DNA of 64,000 nt from Paraspadella gotoi (taxonomy: Eukaryota; Animalia; Chaetognatha). The first letter of the stretch is position 1; every line of letters starts with the position of its first letter. Position numbers and translations under genes: made by a program. The notes beneath the pieces are model-generated. The model did not search any database. It saw only the letters and a list, made by a program, of their open reading frames with translations, and had not been told where the DNA came from. Of this stretch, positions 25,501 to 39,489 are shown in pieces. Where the stretch lies: assembly GCA_051294375.1 (NCBI GenBank), contig CM119266.1, positions 22,603,575 through 22,667,574 of the forward strand, in the 5' to 3' direction.

Positions 25501-28500
25501 CTTGGCCCGGGGATCCTGTGGTGGTATATTCACAATGCCTCGCACCCATCATTAATTAGCCAATTCCATTGGCTCAGAGAGGGAACACACCATCCCAGGT
25601 GTTGCATTCCATCCACAGTCTAACAACTTCTCTGCATTGGCCAAGCAAGACTGTTCTAGGGTAACCGCGCCAGTGAGGAAGCACCTAAATCCAACAGTAA
25701 GATATCCCTTCCCAATGGGCATTACAGGTAACCCGGCTGTTACCATAGTGCCTCTTTTCTAGACTGAATGAGAGTTCTAAATTAGTCAAACCTTTTGAAT
25801 AGAAAAAATATGGCTCTAATTTTTAAACATTAAAGGCTGTACAGTAAAAAGATTTAGGAAAACATAGAAAATGGCAAGAACTTAGTAGAGTCACTCAAAC
25901 AAGTTCCACAAGTTCAACAAGCTACACAGCCCAGGCCCTTCGCCTCTTGCCGCCCCTGCGTGTTGCTTATCCCCAAACTTAGCCCCATAGTCCTGAAGAT
26001 TGTTTTTCTAAAATGCTCTAAATTTTAAAATTTTGGATAAACCGCAGACAGACGCTTACACTCTGGCACTATTATTTGGATAAGGCATAAGTATATACAG
26101 CAATAGAATGGGTCCAAGGCTTGGATTAGTCTTGGGTATTTTTCATAGCGGTTTACCGCCTTCCTTACAGTTCCGGTCTGGTATCTATGGTCATGAGTTT
26201 ATGGTTCTACTCAAAGGGCCACCGTGCTAAAGTTACCGGTGCGGTGAAGTTTGCACTGTATTACGTATATAGCACGGTAAACCATTTCAATTGTCTATTA
26301 TCTAACAGGGTCATTATGCTTTACCAATTGAGTAAATTCGGAAGAGCGTTGGCCTCGTGTAATAGTAATAGTAATTTATATATAGACTCAGGACAGGATA
26401 ATCAAATATACTGATCAATATCTTCCAATAATTTTAGCTATTTTGGCTAGAGATTAAATTTACCTCTGAACCGCTTTTTTTATTGGTTCTGTACCTTTTG
26501 TCGCACTGTGGGAAGACAACATATAAAAATTTAGGATTATATTCAAATTAACTGTTACACATCTTAAAAGTTTCACCTCTCAAAAATCTCTTTTTCTCCG
26601 AAAGTATTTCCATCATACAGTCCCAATCTATTCCTATTGCCTTGCACCTGAAACAGAATTTTTTTTAAAATACAGAGTATCTCAAGCGTACTGTCACTTT
26701 ACAAATGAACGCTGTGTCAAATTGGTATGGTAAATTATCAATTTGAAAGAACCACCGGAGAGATAAGTTAATACAGTTTTTTTTATACCTATATTATCAT
26801 GTTTATTTTTATTTTTATTGATACATGAAAAATTTTAAATGAGGGGAAATTTTGTTTTGAGAGTCGATAAAAATATTTTGGTGATATTAAATTTATCAAG
26901 TAGTCCTGCTTTTGGTAAAAATTGTGCATATTATATTATTGTAGGCCACTATGTTTATTGTGCCCTTTACTTAGAATTTTGTAAATTGGGAATGATTGAC
27001 GATGATGATAATGATTTCAAAAGAGAAGATTCCAAGAATGATTACAAAGGAAACTGATAAACGCTACAAATTTAATATCCTATGATTCAGCATATGATAC
27101 ATGGAGTACATTCTGCTGCTAAAACTATTTTTCAGCTGACTTCAGCTCATAAGTATTGCTAATGTAATTGGCTCTGTCAAACAAGCTGCAAAAAATATTT
27201 TCGACTTTGGCTTAGAGAACTGATAAAATAAAATTGTTTGATTTTAAAATTAAAGACATCGTATAAACCTGTAATAACTTCTGGATCCAACGAGTACAGT
27301 AAATGAATTTTTTATTACTGAACTGATTCACTGTATTCATTTGTAAAGTGACAGTACGCTTGAGACACTCCATGCAAGAAAAACATTGGTAAAATTATTT
27401 TCGTATAAAGCAACAAAGAGAAAGGATGAGGGACAGAAAGAGAAAGAAAGAGAAAGAGAGAGATTCAAAGGACAAACCCAACCCCAAAAAGAGAGAGGCA
27501 AGAGGATATAACAAAGGTTCAGGGAAAGAGTAAAAGAGAGGGTGAGCTCAGGTTAAACTTAAAAAAGTTTAAAGGTGAATGGAAAACTTATTAAATTCGG
27601 AGTACAATAAATGTACAACAAAAATTTTCAAAGACAGTCAAAGTTTTGAGACATTAACAGTGTATTGGCGTACGCGGTTGCCAACACGAGCGTCGCCGTG
27701 CGGGGAGACGGCTCGGCGTCGGACGACTAAAGAGTGACTGGGCAGTGATTTCGATTCGGTTATTTTCAACAATGAAATTGGAACTTAACTAATTATTATT
27801 CCTTTTTTCCCACTGATAAATATGAAAAACTCTTTATTTACAAAAACAGTTGGCTATAGTTATAACATAGATCTCACTGGGTGAATTTCTATGCTTTAAA
27901 AATACTGTAAGACAGAATTCTTTTTAAGGTATCAGCCCTAATTAAGAAGAAACTTGAAACGATTTTTTATGGTAAGAGCAACTTTTAAAGATAAAAATGC
28001 TCGTAGGATCTATCACGTTTTTTAGATATACTACTGCTTAGGCAAAAAAACGGCATACTAAATTATAAAACTTTTTTCCTTTTATTCTACTCATTTTCTT
28101 ATTTTCTTTCTCTTTTGAGCTTTCTCTCTGTCCCTCTCTCTTTTTCTCTGTCTTTTACCCTTTCTCTTACTTTTCTCTCTTCAAAATTATCTGTGTCATC
28201 CCTTCTTTTCTTCCTTTACCTTTATTTTCCTTCCTCTCTATATCTGCTTTTCTCTCCCTCTCTGATTCTCTTTCTTCCATCTTTCTTATCTTTTCTTTTC
28301 TCTTAATCATTCTCTTTCTCCCTCTTCTCCCCATATATTAATTTCTTAACAATCTTTCTCCTTCTCCCTGCCCCTTTTTTCACACATGCTCTCTTTTTTC
28401 TTATATTTTTCTCTTTCTCATTCATTTTTTGAATTTAAATCATACTGAATATATAAAAATCTTTCAAATATATTGTAAGAGAAAAACTAGGGTAGAACAA

Positions 28501-31500
28501 TAAATTTTTTATAAAAAAACGTGTCGATTGGGACAAAAAATGTTCAGACACTTCCCATGACTTTGAAAGAATGCGGTTTTTTTTAAATATTGAACATTAG
28601 TAAGTTTCTCATCTGATGAAACTATATAATTAGCTAAAAAACAAGTTTTAGTTTTAAAAAACGCACCTCACAAAACCTCACAAATTAAAAGTTGGCTTAA
28701 AAATATTTTTGCAGCCAAAGTACTAAATTTTTTGCACTAATTTTTTAGGTGTTGAAAACTCAGTTGATAAGGAATAATTTCCTAGATTTGTAAGTAAATC
28801 AAAATATTTTTGTTTAACAAATTGTAAAAAAAACTAAAAATGTGAGTTTTTGACTAGTCAATTTTAAAATTAATTCAAAGGTAAACAATATATTTTTAAT
28901 TTAATATGAACTGACTCAGAAGTAAGGAAAATAAAAAGGACCTGAAAGCCAAAGTAAAATTTTTTTTTCCAATAATCTTGGCGTTCAAATCTCAAGACAA
29001 AAGTCAAAATGGACAAAAATGGACATAATTTTTTTTATTAAAAGTAGGGAAAATGATATTGATTCTTGATTAGAAAATGCAGCAGATGATTTCAATTAAT
29101 CCGTAGGCCAGCCCACTTTGTCTTAGGGTTCAAATTTAATCCATTTTGTAGGAAATATTCTAGCAATATTGCAAAAAGTGGTTTTTTTGCTGAATTCCTC
29201 GATAGAAATCACTGCCCTTGATGATCTCAAGTTTCCCTGTTTCGCAATCGAGAGTCGCGTCGATGATTTATTTGAAGAAGAGGGGGAAAAAAGGGGTTAA
29301 TTTCTCAATCGTCGTCAACAAAAAAGTCAGCCAAATAGCTACGAGTTGGGGTATAGGGTTGATGTAATGAAGTTTAAAAAAAAATAGAAAGTAAAAAGTT
29401 AAAAACAAGAATGAAAGAGAGGTTTTTTCTTCATCAATGTCAATAAATCATAATTTGATAGGCTCTTCATTTACCTTATCATTTCGATGGAAGTCAAAAG
29501 TAGTTTTATTGAAAATTTTATTTGGAGGTAGGTCCGTCTCACTAAAGGGCTCTACAAAAATTGAAAAAAATATTTACTTCATTAACAAAAGCATAATGAA
29601 TTTGTCAGATTTCGATTTATAATATTATTTAAAGTAGTAATACCACTAAAACAAGAATTGCTTATTCTATCTCTGTATACGGGTTCGGACTTAAAACTTA
29701 CCCCCCGTAGGAAATATTACTATTTCCTTAGATAATTTGTATTTTAAAATTTAGTTTGATCAATTATTTGATTAGTCATTTTACTTCATGTCAGCTCTTT
29801 ATTTATGAAGTATACAGATCTGCTCAAAAAAAAGTTTAATAGTAGTGATAAAAGCATTTAATTTCGTTAATTGAAGGAAAATTACATTTTTTATGACTCA
29901 GTTAATTAGTACTTGGTCGGACCACTATTTGCTCACAGGGCTGAAAGGGAAAACAATAATATAAATAGACATGAATCAAATAGACAATGTTTAATAATAA
30001 CATGCATCGGCAAGTTCAGAGTCTTTGAGATTGTCCATGATATTGTCTCCAACACTGCTTCCATGCGACGAGGGAGAGAGTCATAGAGGCTGCGCAAATA
30101 TGAAGGGTTCAGCTCCCGCCAAATGAGTTTTACAATTTTTTTTATTTCATCGACTATCGTAGCGTTGTACTGCAAAATATCCCTTTTCATCCTTCCCCAG
30201 ACGTTTTTAATGATGTCACAGTCAGGCGAGTTTCTGGGCCAACCTTTGAGCACCTTAATCCCATCTTTCTAATGCCATTTTTCGGTGGTTTTGGCTTTGT
30301 GTCCAGGAGCTCCATCCTTCATAAAAAGACGCCTATTCCCTGTTTGAGGACTGACCACAATTCTTCTTTCTTTCCATTTTTTTTTTCAACTGGTTTGCAG
30401 AAGCCTTACGGTCTTGTATTGCAAAACTTTTGAGGTACTTGTCCTCACTCTCCGTGGTCATGCGAGACCGCTTACTTCCAACAGCTCATCCAAGGTCTCT
30501 AGTTGCTTCAAATTTCTTGACAACTCTGCAGATGGTGGTTGGAAAGAAATTCAATTGTTTGGCGATCCTACATTTTGATAAACCCGCCTTCCAAAGTTGA
30601 ATAATTGCAGCTTTCTTCTTGGGGTTAGCTGTTTTGAAGTTTCCATGGTAAAAAACACAAAAAATTACAAAAAACAAAGATGGATAAAAAGTTTTTTTAC
30701 TCAGAAAAAGTAAAATGTAAGACAAAATTTTGATCCTTTTTTTATTTTAGCACAGCTTCTATAATATTTAGCCAAAAAACCTCGACTGGGCTCAAATGAA
30801 AGATCTTTATCTTGGCTTAAAAATGAACCCAAGTTCTAATTAATAGGACGACAGATAATTGAGATAGTAGGGGGTCCAAAGTTTAAACTTTTTTTTGAGC
30901 AGATCTGTACCTTCCTTAGGTCCTTAGTCTTTTGGTACAGTTGAGCATCATATTTATTTCGCCCTATACTGCATTAATTTAGAGCTCCCAGAAATACCAT
31001 GCATTTTTGAAGGTTTCTGATACCTGAAAAGTTTCTTGTGCCAAATTAAGTGGAGAAAACGAATACCACAATAAAAAAATTTCCCTGAATGCTCTTGATG
31101 GATTTTCAACGCCAGTTTTTGCGTCGTACCCCTTCCGGTTTCAAAGGAGGATGTTGAAGGAGGACCGCATTCGTCAAGGCTTACTTGACGGCATTGAAAC
31201 CATGTTGGCATGCCGATGACCAATCGAGGCGGCGCGGTTTGCCTTTGAGGGCATTGTACAGTGGCATCGTGTGATGTGCCACTCTTGGAATGAATCTCCT
31301 ATAGTAGTAGGGTAGCAATCTTGTCAGACACCTCTCAGGCCTGAAGAACCAGAGTGATGTCTTGGCCCAGGGTTCCTGCGATGGTATATTCATACTGCCT
31401 CACGTCCATCATTGTTCAGTCATCAATCTCATTGGCTCATAGCTCAACACGCCATCCCAGGTGTGTTCCATTCCCAGTCCTAACAACTTTCCTCTGCATT

Positions 31501-34500
31501 GGCCAAAGCGAGACTGTCCTAGGGACTGGAGGCGTCACTGAGGGTTGGAAGCCCCCAATGCTAACAGTGAGATTTCCTTTCCCAATGGGCATCACAGGCG
31601 ACCCGGCTGTTGCCATACTTAAATTAATCAAAATAAAGTTATTAGTAACCTTATTACTAAATTTTTTGTTGTGGTTTATAAATAAGTTTAAAAAATTATT
31701 ATTACGAAAGATTTATAATTAGAAATTATTATTTTTTTTAAGCCAAATCGTCCCTGACCAAATTACTCTACAAATTCTAATAATATTTTATAAGAAAGTA
31801 TGATTTGGTTATACAAATAGAACTCTCTAAGGGATTTTTAATATTTAATCCTTAGGCCAAGATATTGGCCTTTAAAGGTTTGCCAAATGATGCAAAAAGA
31901 AAGTAGCAAATTAGATAGAAGGCGCCTTGGCCTTTGTGGCAAGCCTCCCACTCAACCTTAACCCTAAACCTCTCCCCCAACCTAAACCTTAGCCCAGGCC
32001 TTTTATTCATTTGCAAGCCTCAACCCTAATCTTAATGTCCCTAGTACAAGCCTTTTTAAGCGAGCTAACAGCAAAATTATCATTTGGCGAGGTTGCCATG
32101 ATTAAGTATTGCGATTTTTCAATTTGGACGGGCTCAGAAAAGGGCAGGAAGCTTGGGTTAGCGTTAAGGAATGTCCTGGGGAAGGAAATTAAGGATTAAA
32201 GATTGGCCTTATTGATGGCAAGGAAGCAGGGATGCCTTAGTTGAGGCTGAGGTGAGGATTGGTGGAGAGGCTCTGGAGTGATGCAGGGTTAGGGATCTGG
32301 CATGAGGCCTAGGTTAGGGTTAGGGCTAAGGAAGTTGCTCTCTGCAGATGTCACCAGCCAGGGAAACAGGTTAGGGTTTGGATTAAGGACCGGTTTGGGG
32401 TTAAGTTTTAGCAGGAAGTACACTAGCTTGGGTTAAGGTTAGAAGAGAGGCTGCTCGGGTTAAGATACAGACTTGGGGTGAGACAATAAGCTCACGTCAG
32501 GGTTAGAGCTTGGGTTAGGTTAGATATCCCAAGCAAGGGAAACTGATTAAGATTAAGGTTTTGTTTAGAGCCCAGTTTAGGGTTAGGGTTGAGTGAGAGG
32601 CTTGCTAGCTGCAAAGGCTAAGTCGCCTTCCATCTAATTCGGTACTTTCTTTTTGCATTACCTGGTAAACTTTTTAAAGGCCAATATCTTGGTTTAAGAT
32701 TAAAGATTTAAAATCCTTTAGACAGTTCTATTTGTTTAACCAGATAGTAAAATTTAATTAAAATTAGTAGAGTAGTTTGGTCAGGGCCGTTTTGAATTAA
32801 AAAAATTATGAATTTTTAACTTGAAGCCTTTTGTAATAATATTTTTATAACCTTATTTATAAACAAAAAAAAATGTTGGTAACTTTATTTTGATTAATTT
32901 AAGTATGCTGGCATATTTGTTTCCAAAAATCCCGAATTTTTAAAACCGGAAGTGGTTCGACACAAAAATTTGCGTGGAAAATCCATAATGGGAATCCATG
33001 AAAATTTTTTATTGTGATATTTGTTTTCTCCACTAAATTTGGCACAAGAAACTTTGCAGGTATCAGGAACTTTCATAAATGTATATTTCTGGGAGCTCTA
33101 TGCATTATCCATAATCTTAGTATATATGTTAAATGATAAATTAAGTTTCAGTATATAATAATTTATGGTGGACTACAATCTATTACCCATTTATCAGTGG
33201 CCATTGCTGCAGGAGGCAAGTCATTCGTTTCTTCAACCCAAAGGTCCGGGGTTCTAGCCCGGTGGTCGCTTAGCAGGCGTTTAACCCTCTGTAATACGGT
33301 GTTACAGCCTGATCCGAAGCACAGGAATTATTTATATTGAACGGTTCTGTCAGTAATTCATAATAATTATTATTATTTCTTTAAATTTAAAATTTCAGAA
33401 ATTAATATTTTAATATTCTTTATTGTTTTATTATTATTTATAACAAAATTTTAAAAAAATATCATATTTAAAAAAAAACGATAGTTTTTTATGATTTATG
33501 AGATTTACTCTCTCACCAACTCTTATATTATCTCTCTATAAATCGTTGTTTCTGTTTTTAAAAACTTTTTTTTTAAACCAAAAATATAACTAAGAGTGAC
33601 CTAATAAAATGTTTAATAATATTTTTTTTTAATTTTGTAAAGAATTAAAAAGAATAGACCAGAAATCTTTCGCCCGTGTATCTTATCAGCATTTTTAATC
33701 TCAGTGTTGCATTTAAGTCTTTTCGGAGGCGTGGGTTCGAATCCGACAACTGCCACCACATTTAAATAAGTAGACAGAAATTTCAACATGAAACCAAAAA
33801 TGTATTTTATTCTTGAGAAATATAATATGCGAAGACCGTGTCAGAATTTGAGCAGATGGATTCAATACAAAATAGTCTGGAATTTATACAATACAATCGG
33901 ATCATTGACACGGGCTCGTTTCCCGATGGCATGAAGCCTCTCTTCTCATTGGTCCGTTTCGATGATGATTCATCCAATCACAGAGTCCTAGGTAAATTTT
34001 ATCCGAGTCGCCGATCCGATTCCATTTTTGGTTCCGATTCCATCTGCGATGGTTGTTACGGTCTTAATTTTTCTTTTCCAAAAAGAAACGAACTATATTT
34101 TTTCATCTTCTTTCTCTTCGTTTTCCCATAAACCTCCCGAGCGTATTAAAATCCAGGATCGCCACTTAATGTTAAAGTAAGACTGTCAAGAATTAATTAC
34201 CTGTAATGCAACCATCCGTGCAAGTCTCGTAACCTGAAGTTAAACATTAACATATTTGAAAAATAGAACTAATTTTATTCCGTTTTTTAACTGTCAAAAA
34301 TTTATTAAGAATGTCATTTTGTACAAAAATTATGCTATTAAGAAGATTTTTTTAAATTATGGGCTTTAATAATTTTTAAAATAGTATCGTAATATTCTGG
34401 TGGTCCTATCACCACAGATGGATTAAAGCTGTTTCTTTCACAGCGCCTCAGTGGCTCAGTGGCCTAATGCACCATCCCAATGTGCGTCCCTGGTTCGAGC

Positions 34501-37500
34501 CCTGAGGTTGTCATGTAGAAAGTGGGATGGACCGGGTAACCCGCCTGTAGGCAAGGGCCTACTGCCAGATCCAAAGCTCTGGACTACATGAACATGCTGT
34601 CTCGCTGTCGCCATGAGGTGACACCGCTGCGGGTGTAGCGCTCTGTAAAACCAGCCTCTTCAATATTAAAAAAAAAAGAGTTAGAAGGGTGAGATTAAAA
34701 CGAAAATAAAACTAAAAGTATTAGTAATACTAAAATAAAAGTAATAATTTTTTAATTGGATCAATTAGTGGATTGAAAGAAGATCTAAATATACATTATA
34801 CAATATCTCTTAGAACAAATATTTGTTTTGAAATACAAAAAAATTAAAAAAATTTTCTTACTGTTGTTTTCTATATTTGAAGGGTCTTTTTTCTCTTTCT
34901 TGACCGCTGGAAAAAAGTCATTCTCACTATTTCTATATATTTTTTTTAACAACTTTCTTTGCCTGTAGACGAGCTGAAGTTGATTTGTGATTCCATCTGC
35001 TTGAGCGGTTTAAAAATTTGAATGTCCATGCTTGACATAAAGACCGATGAATCTAATAAAAGCATTTTTATAATCATTTTCCACTATTTCGTAGACTTAT
35101 ATACGACTTATGTAAAAGCATAATCAAAACTAGACACTTTGATCAGTTTTTTATTTTTACAGTCATGTGCAAAAAATAAATGCGCCACTTTATATCAACC
35201 TGTATGTTATATTTTTTTTTTAATTTAAAAGTAAATGAAAAATTAGTAAAATATAAATTTTATAAAAATCGGGCTATCTAATTGGAGGCAGTAATTTAAA
35301 AAAAACAAACTTTAAAGCAAAACTAAACGTTAAAAAAATTGATTCAGTTAAGGTTAATCTTTTTTATTTTTAAATTCTTTTTATGATTTTTATAATAAAT
35401 TAAAATAAAAAAAATTATAAGACATATCCAGAAGAATAGTTAGCTAACTGGATTGACTCAGATCTTTAAATAATAATTTGAGCAAACAATGTCGGATCTG
35501 CCCACGATCATTATCGGTAATTTAATAATTAATTAATAATTATAAATACAGGGGCTAAGAAAGTTTTTTACTCATGTCATGTCATATCATGTGATCAAAG
35601 GGAAATACACGTGAAAATAAAGTCACTGCGGCGCAGCACATTGGAATCACTGTTCTTGTTCAAATATTATCATATTCTGCAAATTGTTTTGTGCTTTTTT
35701 TGTCTTTGAATTATATTTAATATTATTATTTTAATGTATTCACTCATTGAAGTAATTAAATATTTTCTGATATATAAGAAATCACTTTTTTTTAAATTTT
35801 AATTTTTAAGTACGGTTTATATAAAAGAGATCAAAAAGTTGCATAAAGGTCATTACTACTACTTTACTACACATTCTTTTCCTAGTCAGAGTTTAAAAAA
35901 AAAGAATACCTGCGGTAGCATCAGAAATTCCAGCTGAATTTCCAGCTAAAGTTCCAGCTCTGCACATTCAGATAAGATATCTCAGTTTCGAAATCAAACT
36001 TTTTAACAGTCTTTATCAGATCAAGGAAAAATTAGCTCTCAACTTCAACAAACATCATCCTTGGGATTAATTAATTTAAATTAAGACTATTATAGTGCTG
36101 ACTGATTTCGAAAAAAAGATGAACAAACGGAGATATGAAAGAACTTTGTTGCGTTCCACTGGCTACCGAAGGTTCATTCGTTCCTCCCCCTGAGCAGCAA
36201 TGGTTTCAATAAAGAAAATTAAGATTTTAATTTAACATTAAATTCTATGATTCGTTACTTGAAAGAAACGACGACTGCAGCGGCGAGATTAGAAGGATGA
36301 AAACTTTTACGAGGTATAAACTTTTTGTTTGACATATTTATATGATTGGTTAGACTAGATTAGACGCGACTCTATAAGTAGGGAAGTCTGGCGTTTAGCG
36401 ACCGAGATAAAAATTAGCGAATAAAAAAGTTGTTATTTTACTCACTGAATAAAAATACTTAAAATACTTACAAAATACATAAAATTGATAAAATTATTAT
36501 TGCGAAAACATTGTTCAATCACATGCAATATATCTAGTGCCTTTTTTTTTTATTGAAATCGATAGAAATTAACTAAAAATATTAGAATTAATTTTTCTTT
36601 TTGATATAATAAGAGAACCAAATTTCCGTCACTTGATGTCGTCATGATACTAGTAAATATGCGTTTGAGGATTCCAAATCTGTTTTTAAAATTGACCTAC
36701 GTAGACGCGCATAGACGCGATATGCCTTGAAAGCAAGTTGTTTGGTTTGGTTCCACTTAAATTTTTAGCTTCGGCCTAGTCTATTGGTAATAAAAAAATT
36801 GATTTTCTTTGATATCTTTTTAACCAAAAATGATAGAACAATGAGACTGGTATCATATTAAAGCCATAATTATGGGGCAAATTTTCCATATAATTTTTTA
36901 AAATGTTTTAAAGGATTTTTTTAAAATCTTGATCGGAATCTTAGTCAAAAGTATAACAACTTTTGAAATTAAATTAAACACACTTGGCCACATTAAAAAA
37001 AAATAAATATAGATTCTGGAAGAGAAAAGATTGAATTATGTTTCTGATATAAACAAAAATTTTCTATCCCTCAAATGTTTATATAATTACTAAGGATAAT
37101 GATTATCATTTAGTTGAAAACAAAAAAATTCATGTAGGAACCTTAAAAAACATATGATTTAATTATGATAATTTAGTAGTTCAAACTTTGTTCCCCCTGA
37201 TTTAAAAACTACTGAAATAGGGCTAAAAGACTGTATTATCAGATTTTTAAATTTTAAGATTTAGCTGTGTCTACGAGGCCTGGCAGAAAAAAATTATCAC
37301 AATTTTTTTGTTTTATGTCATAATGCTATCATAAAATAATCTTAATGCATTATGAGGTATGAGGTATCATATGATAGCTAACGATGTCTGCTACATGACA
37401 GCACGTGAAAAAAAATTTTCTTAATAAAAAAAAAAAATCACCAGACTACCCTACTATAAGACGCTTTTTGGTCTGTCTGTTCGTGGATAAAAATTAAGCT

Positions 37501-39395
37501 TTGCAATAATTTTGTTCTAGAAAATTTTTTGCATATTGATTCGGGTGAGCTTCTTTGTGACGTCGTCGTCGTCGTCGGCGTCGTCGTCGGCGTCGTCGTC
37601 GTCGTCGTCGTCACGCATTTTTATATAAAAACTACTACGCTTTTATAGGTTTGGCTGGGACTTACCGTTTTTTTTTAAATAAAAATTATCATGAACTATG
37701 ATAAAGTTTTTCAAAAGTGTGCGATCATAGTAAGTTAAAAATTTAGATATGGCTTCTCATCTTGAAATAGCTTTGATATTTTCTTATTACATTTAGACTT
37801 AAGTATTTTTTTTTTTAAATCTATAATAAAAATGGGAAATCAAAGGACCTTTTTAATGAGAAGCTATATCTTAATTTTAATACAAATAAAAATAAAATCT
37901 TTTACAAGCTATGATTGGAAAAAATTGTAAAAATTTCCAATTGTAAACAATTGTAACATTTTTTTACTTTTTTTTATTTCTTTAAATTATATATATATTT
38001 TTCTTCCTATTTTTGTCAGTTGCTGCCTTTTCAGAACCCTTTAAAAACGAGTTCAGGCTCTGCAGTAACTGTTCAGCTGCCTTCCAGCGGCTGTCCAGCT
38101 TTTTCTCTCTTTCTCTCTCTGTCTCTCTTGTCTCTCTCTTTTTCTTTCTGTTTCTCTCTGTCTCTCTCTCTCTCTGTACGATCTCTTGCGTGATCGTTTT
38201 TTGAAAAATTTTGATTATTTTTTTCCTTTAAAAACTTTTATTATCACCATTTATTCCGCGATTTTTTCTAAATCCCAAATTTACATCCGAGATTTTCGTG
38301 GATTTATTCTCTTTCTTTCTCTCTCTCTTTCTTTCTCTCTCTCTCTCTTTTTCTCTCTCTCTTTCACTCATTTGTTTGTTTTATTTATGATGAATGATTC
38401 ATTGCGTCAATGAATGACTATCATCATATCAATGAATGATTATCATCGCATCAACCAATTGGTTAATATCACATCAATCATTTGGTTATCATCACATCGA
38501 TCATTTGGTTATCATCGCATCAATTATTGGTTATCATCGCATCAAATTTTTGGTTATCATCGCATCAATATTTGGTTATCATTGAAGGGAGGCGAGATCC
38601 TATTCTTTTAAGTTTTTTTATGTTCGATTTAACGAAGCCAGAAAATCAAAAAAAATAGTAACACCTTTTTTTTTTCTCTTCTCTTGGAAATAAAATTTAT
38701 AACTCACTCCGGTATATAATTCTACATCCAATCGTAACTTGATCAATTATTAACCACTTCACTTTATTCTCTCGCTTAACTATGAAATTTATCTCTCCTT
38801 TTAGTAGATAAGATAACAATTTTCATCCTACTAGTCTCGTTGTTTGCGTGTGACGAAACGACGACGGCGCCACCGACTTCTTTTGCGTCGAACCCGATTC
38901 GGAGGTGGTCGTCTTCAGCCGAATCGTGCCTTTGGTCGAGTCCACTAAGAAAACCCACACGTCGCTGGACTGGCGGTTAGTGTAGGATTTCGGGAGGGGG
39001 GGGAGTATATTAACAAAATTTGGAGGCGAGACGAGCTTAACGCTGAAATTTAAGAAAGAAGAGACCGATGACTTTGTTCTAGGGCATATCAGCAGCAACA
39101 ACCGAGTCGAAACTGTATTGGTGATTGAAGCTATATGCATTTTTTGTAAGTGTAATTATTGGTTAATTAGAATTAGTTTTTCCCCCCCGTTTCATTCTCA
39201 CCCTCAAGACCATCTGACGAGCAAATTGGGAGATCTTCTGAATCTGTTGATCGATCGATGTGATTTCTTGGAAAAGTTCGCTGCCCAATTTCGCAAGGAG
39301 GTCGCTGCATTTCTTCTCGTTCATCAGGTCGGTGTAGTTGACTGCCTGATGCAGCGTAATGCCGCCTGACCCGAATGGGATTTTGTTGAGAGAGA

Positions 39396-39489
<94 letters not shown>

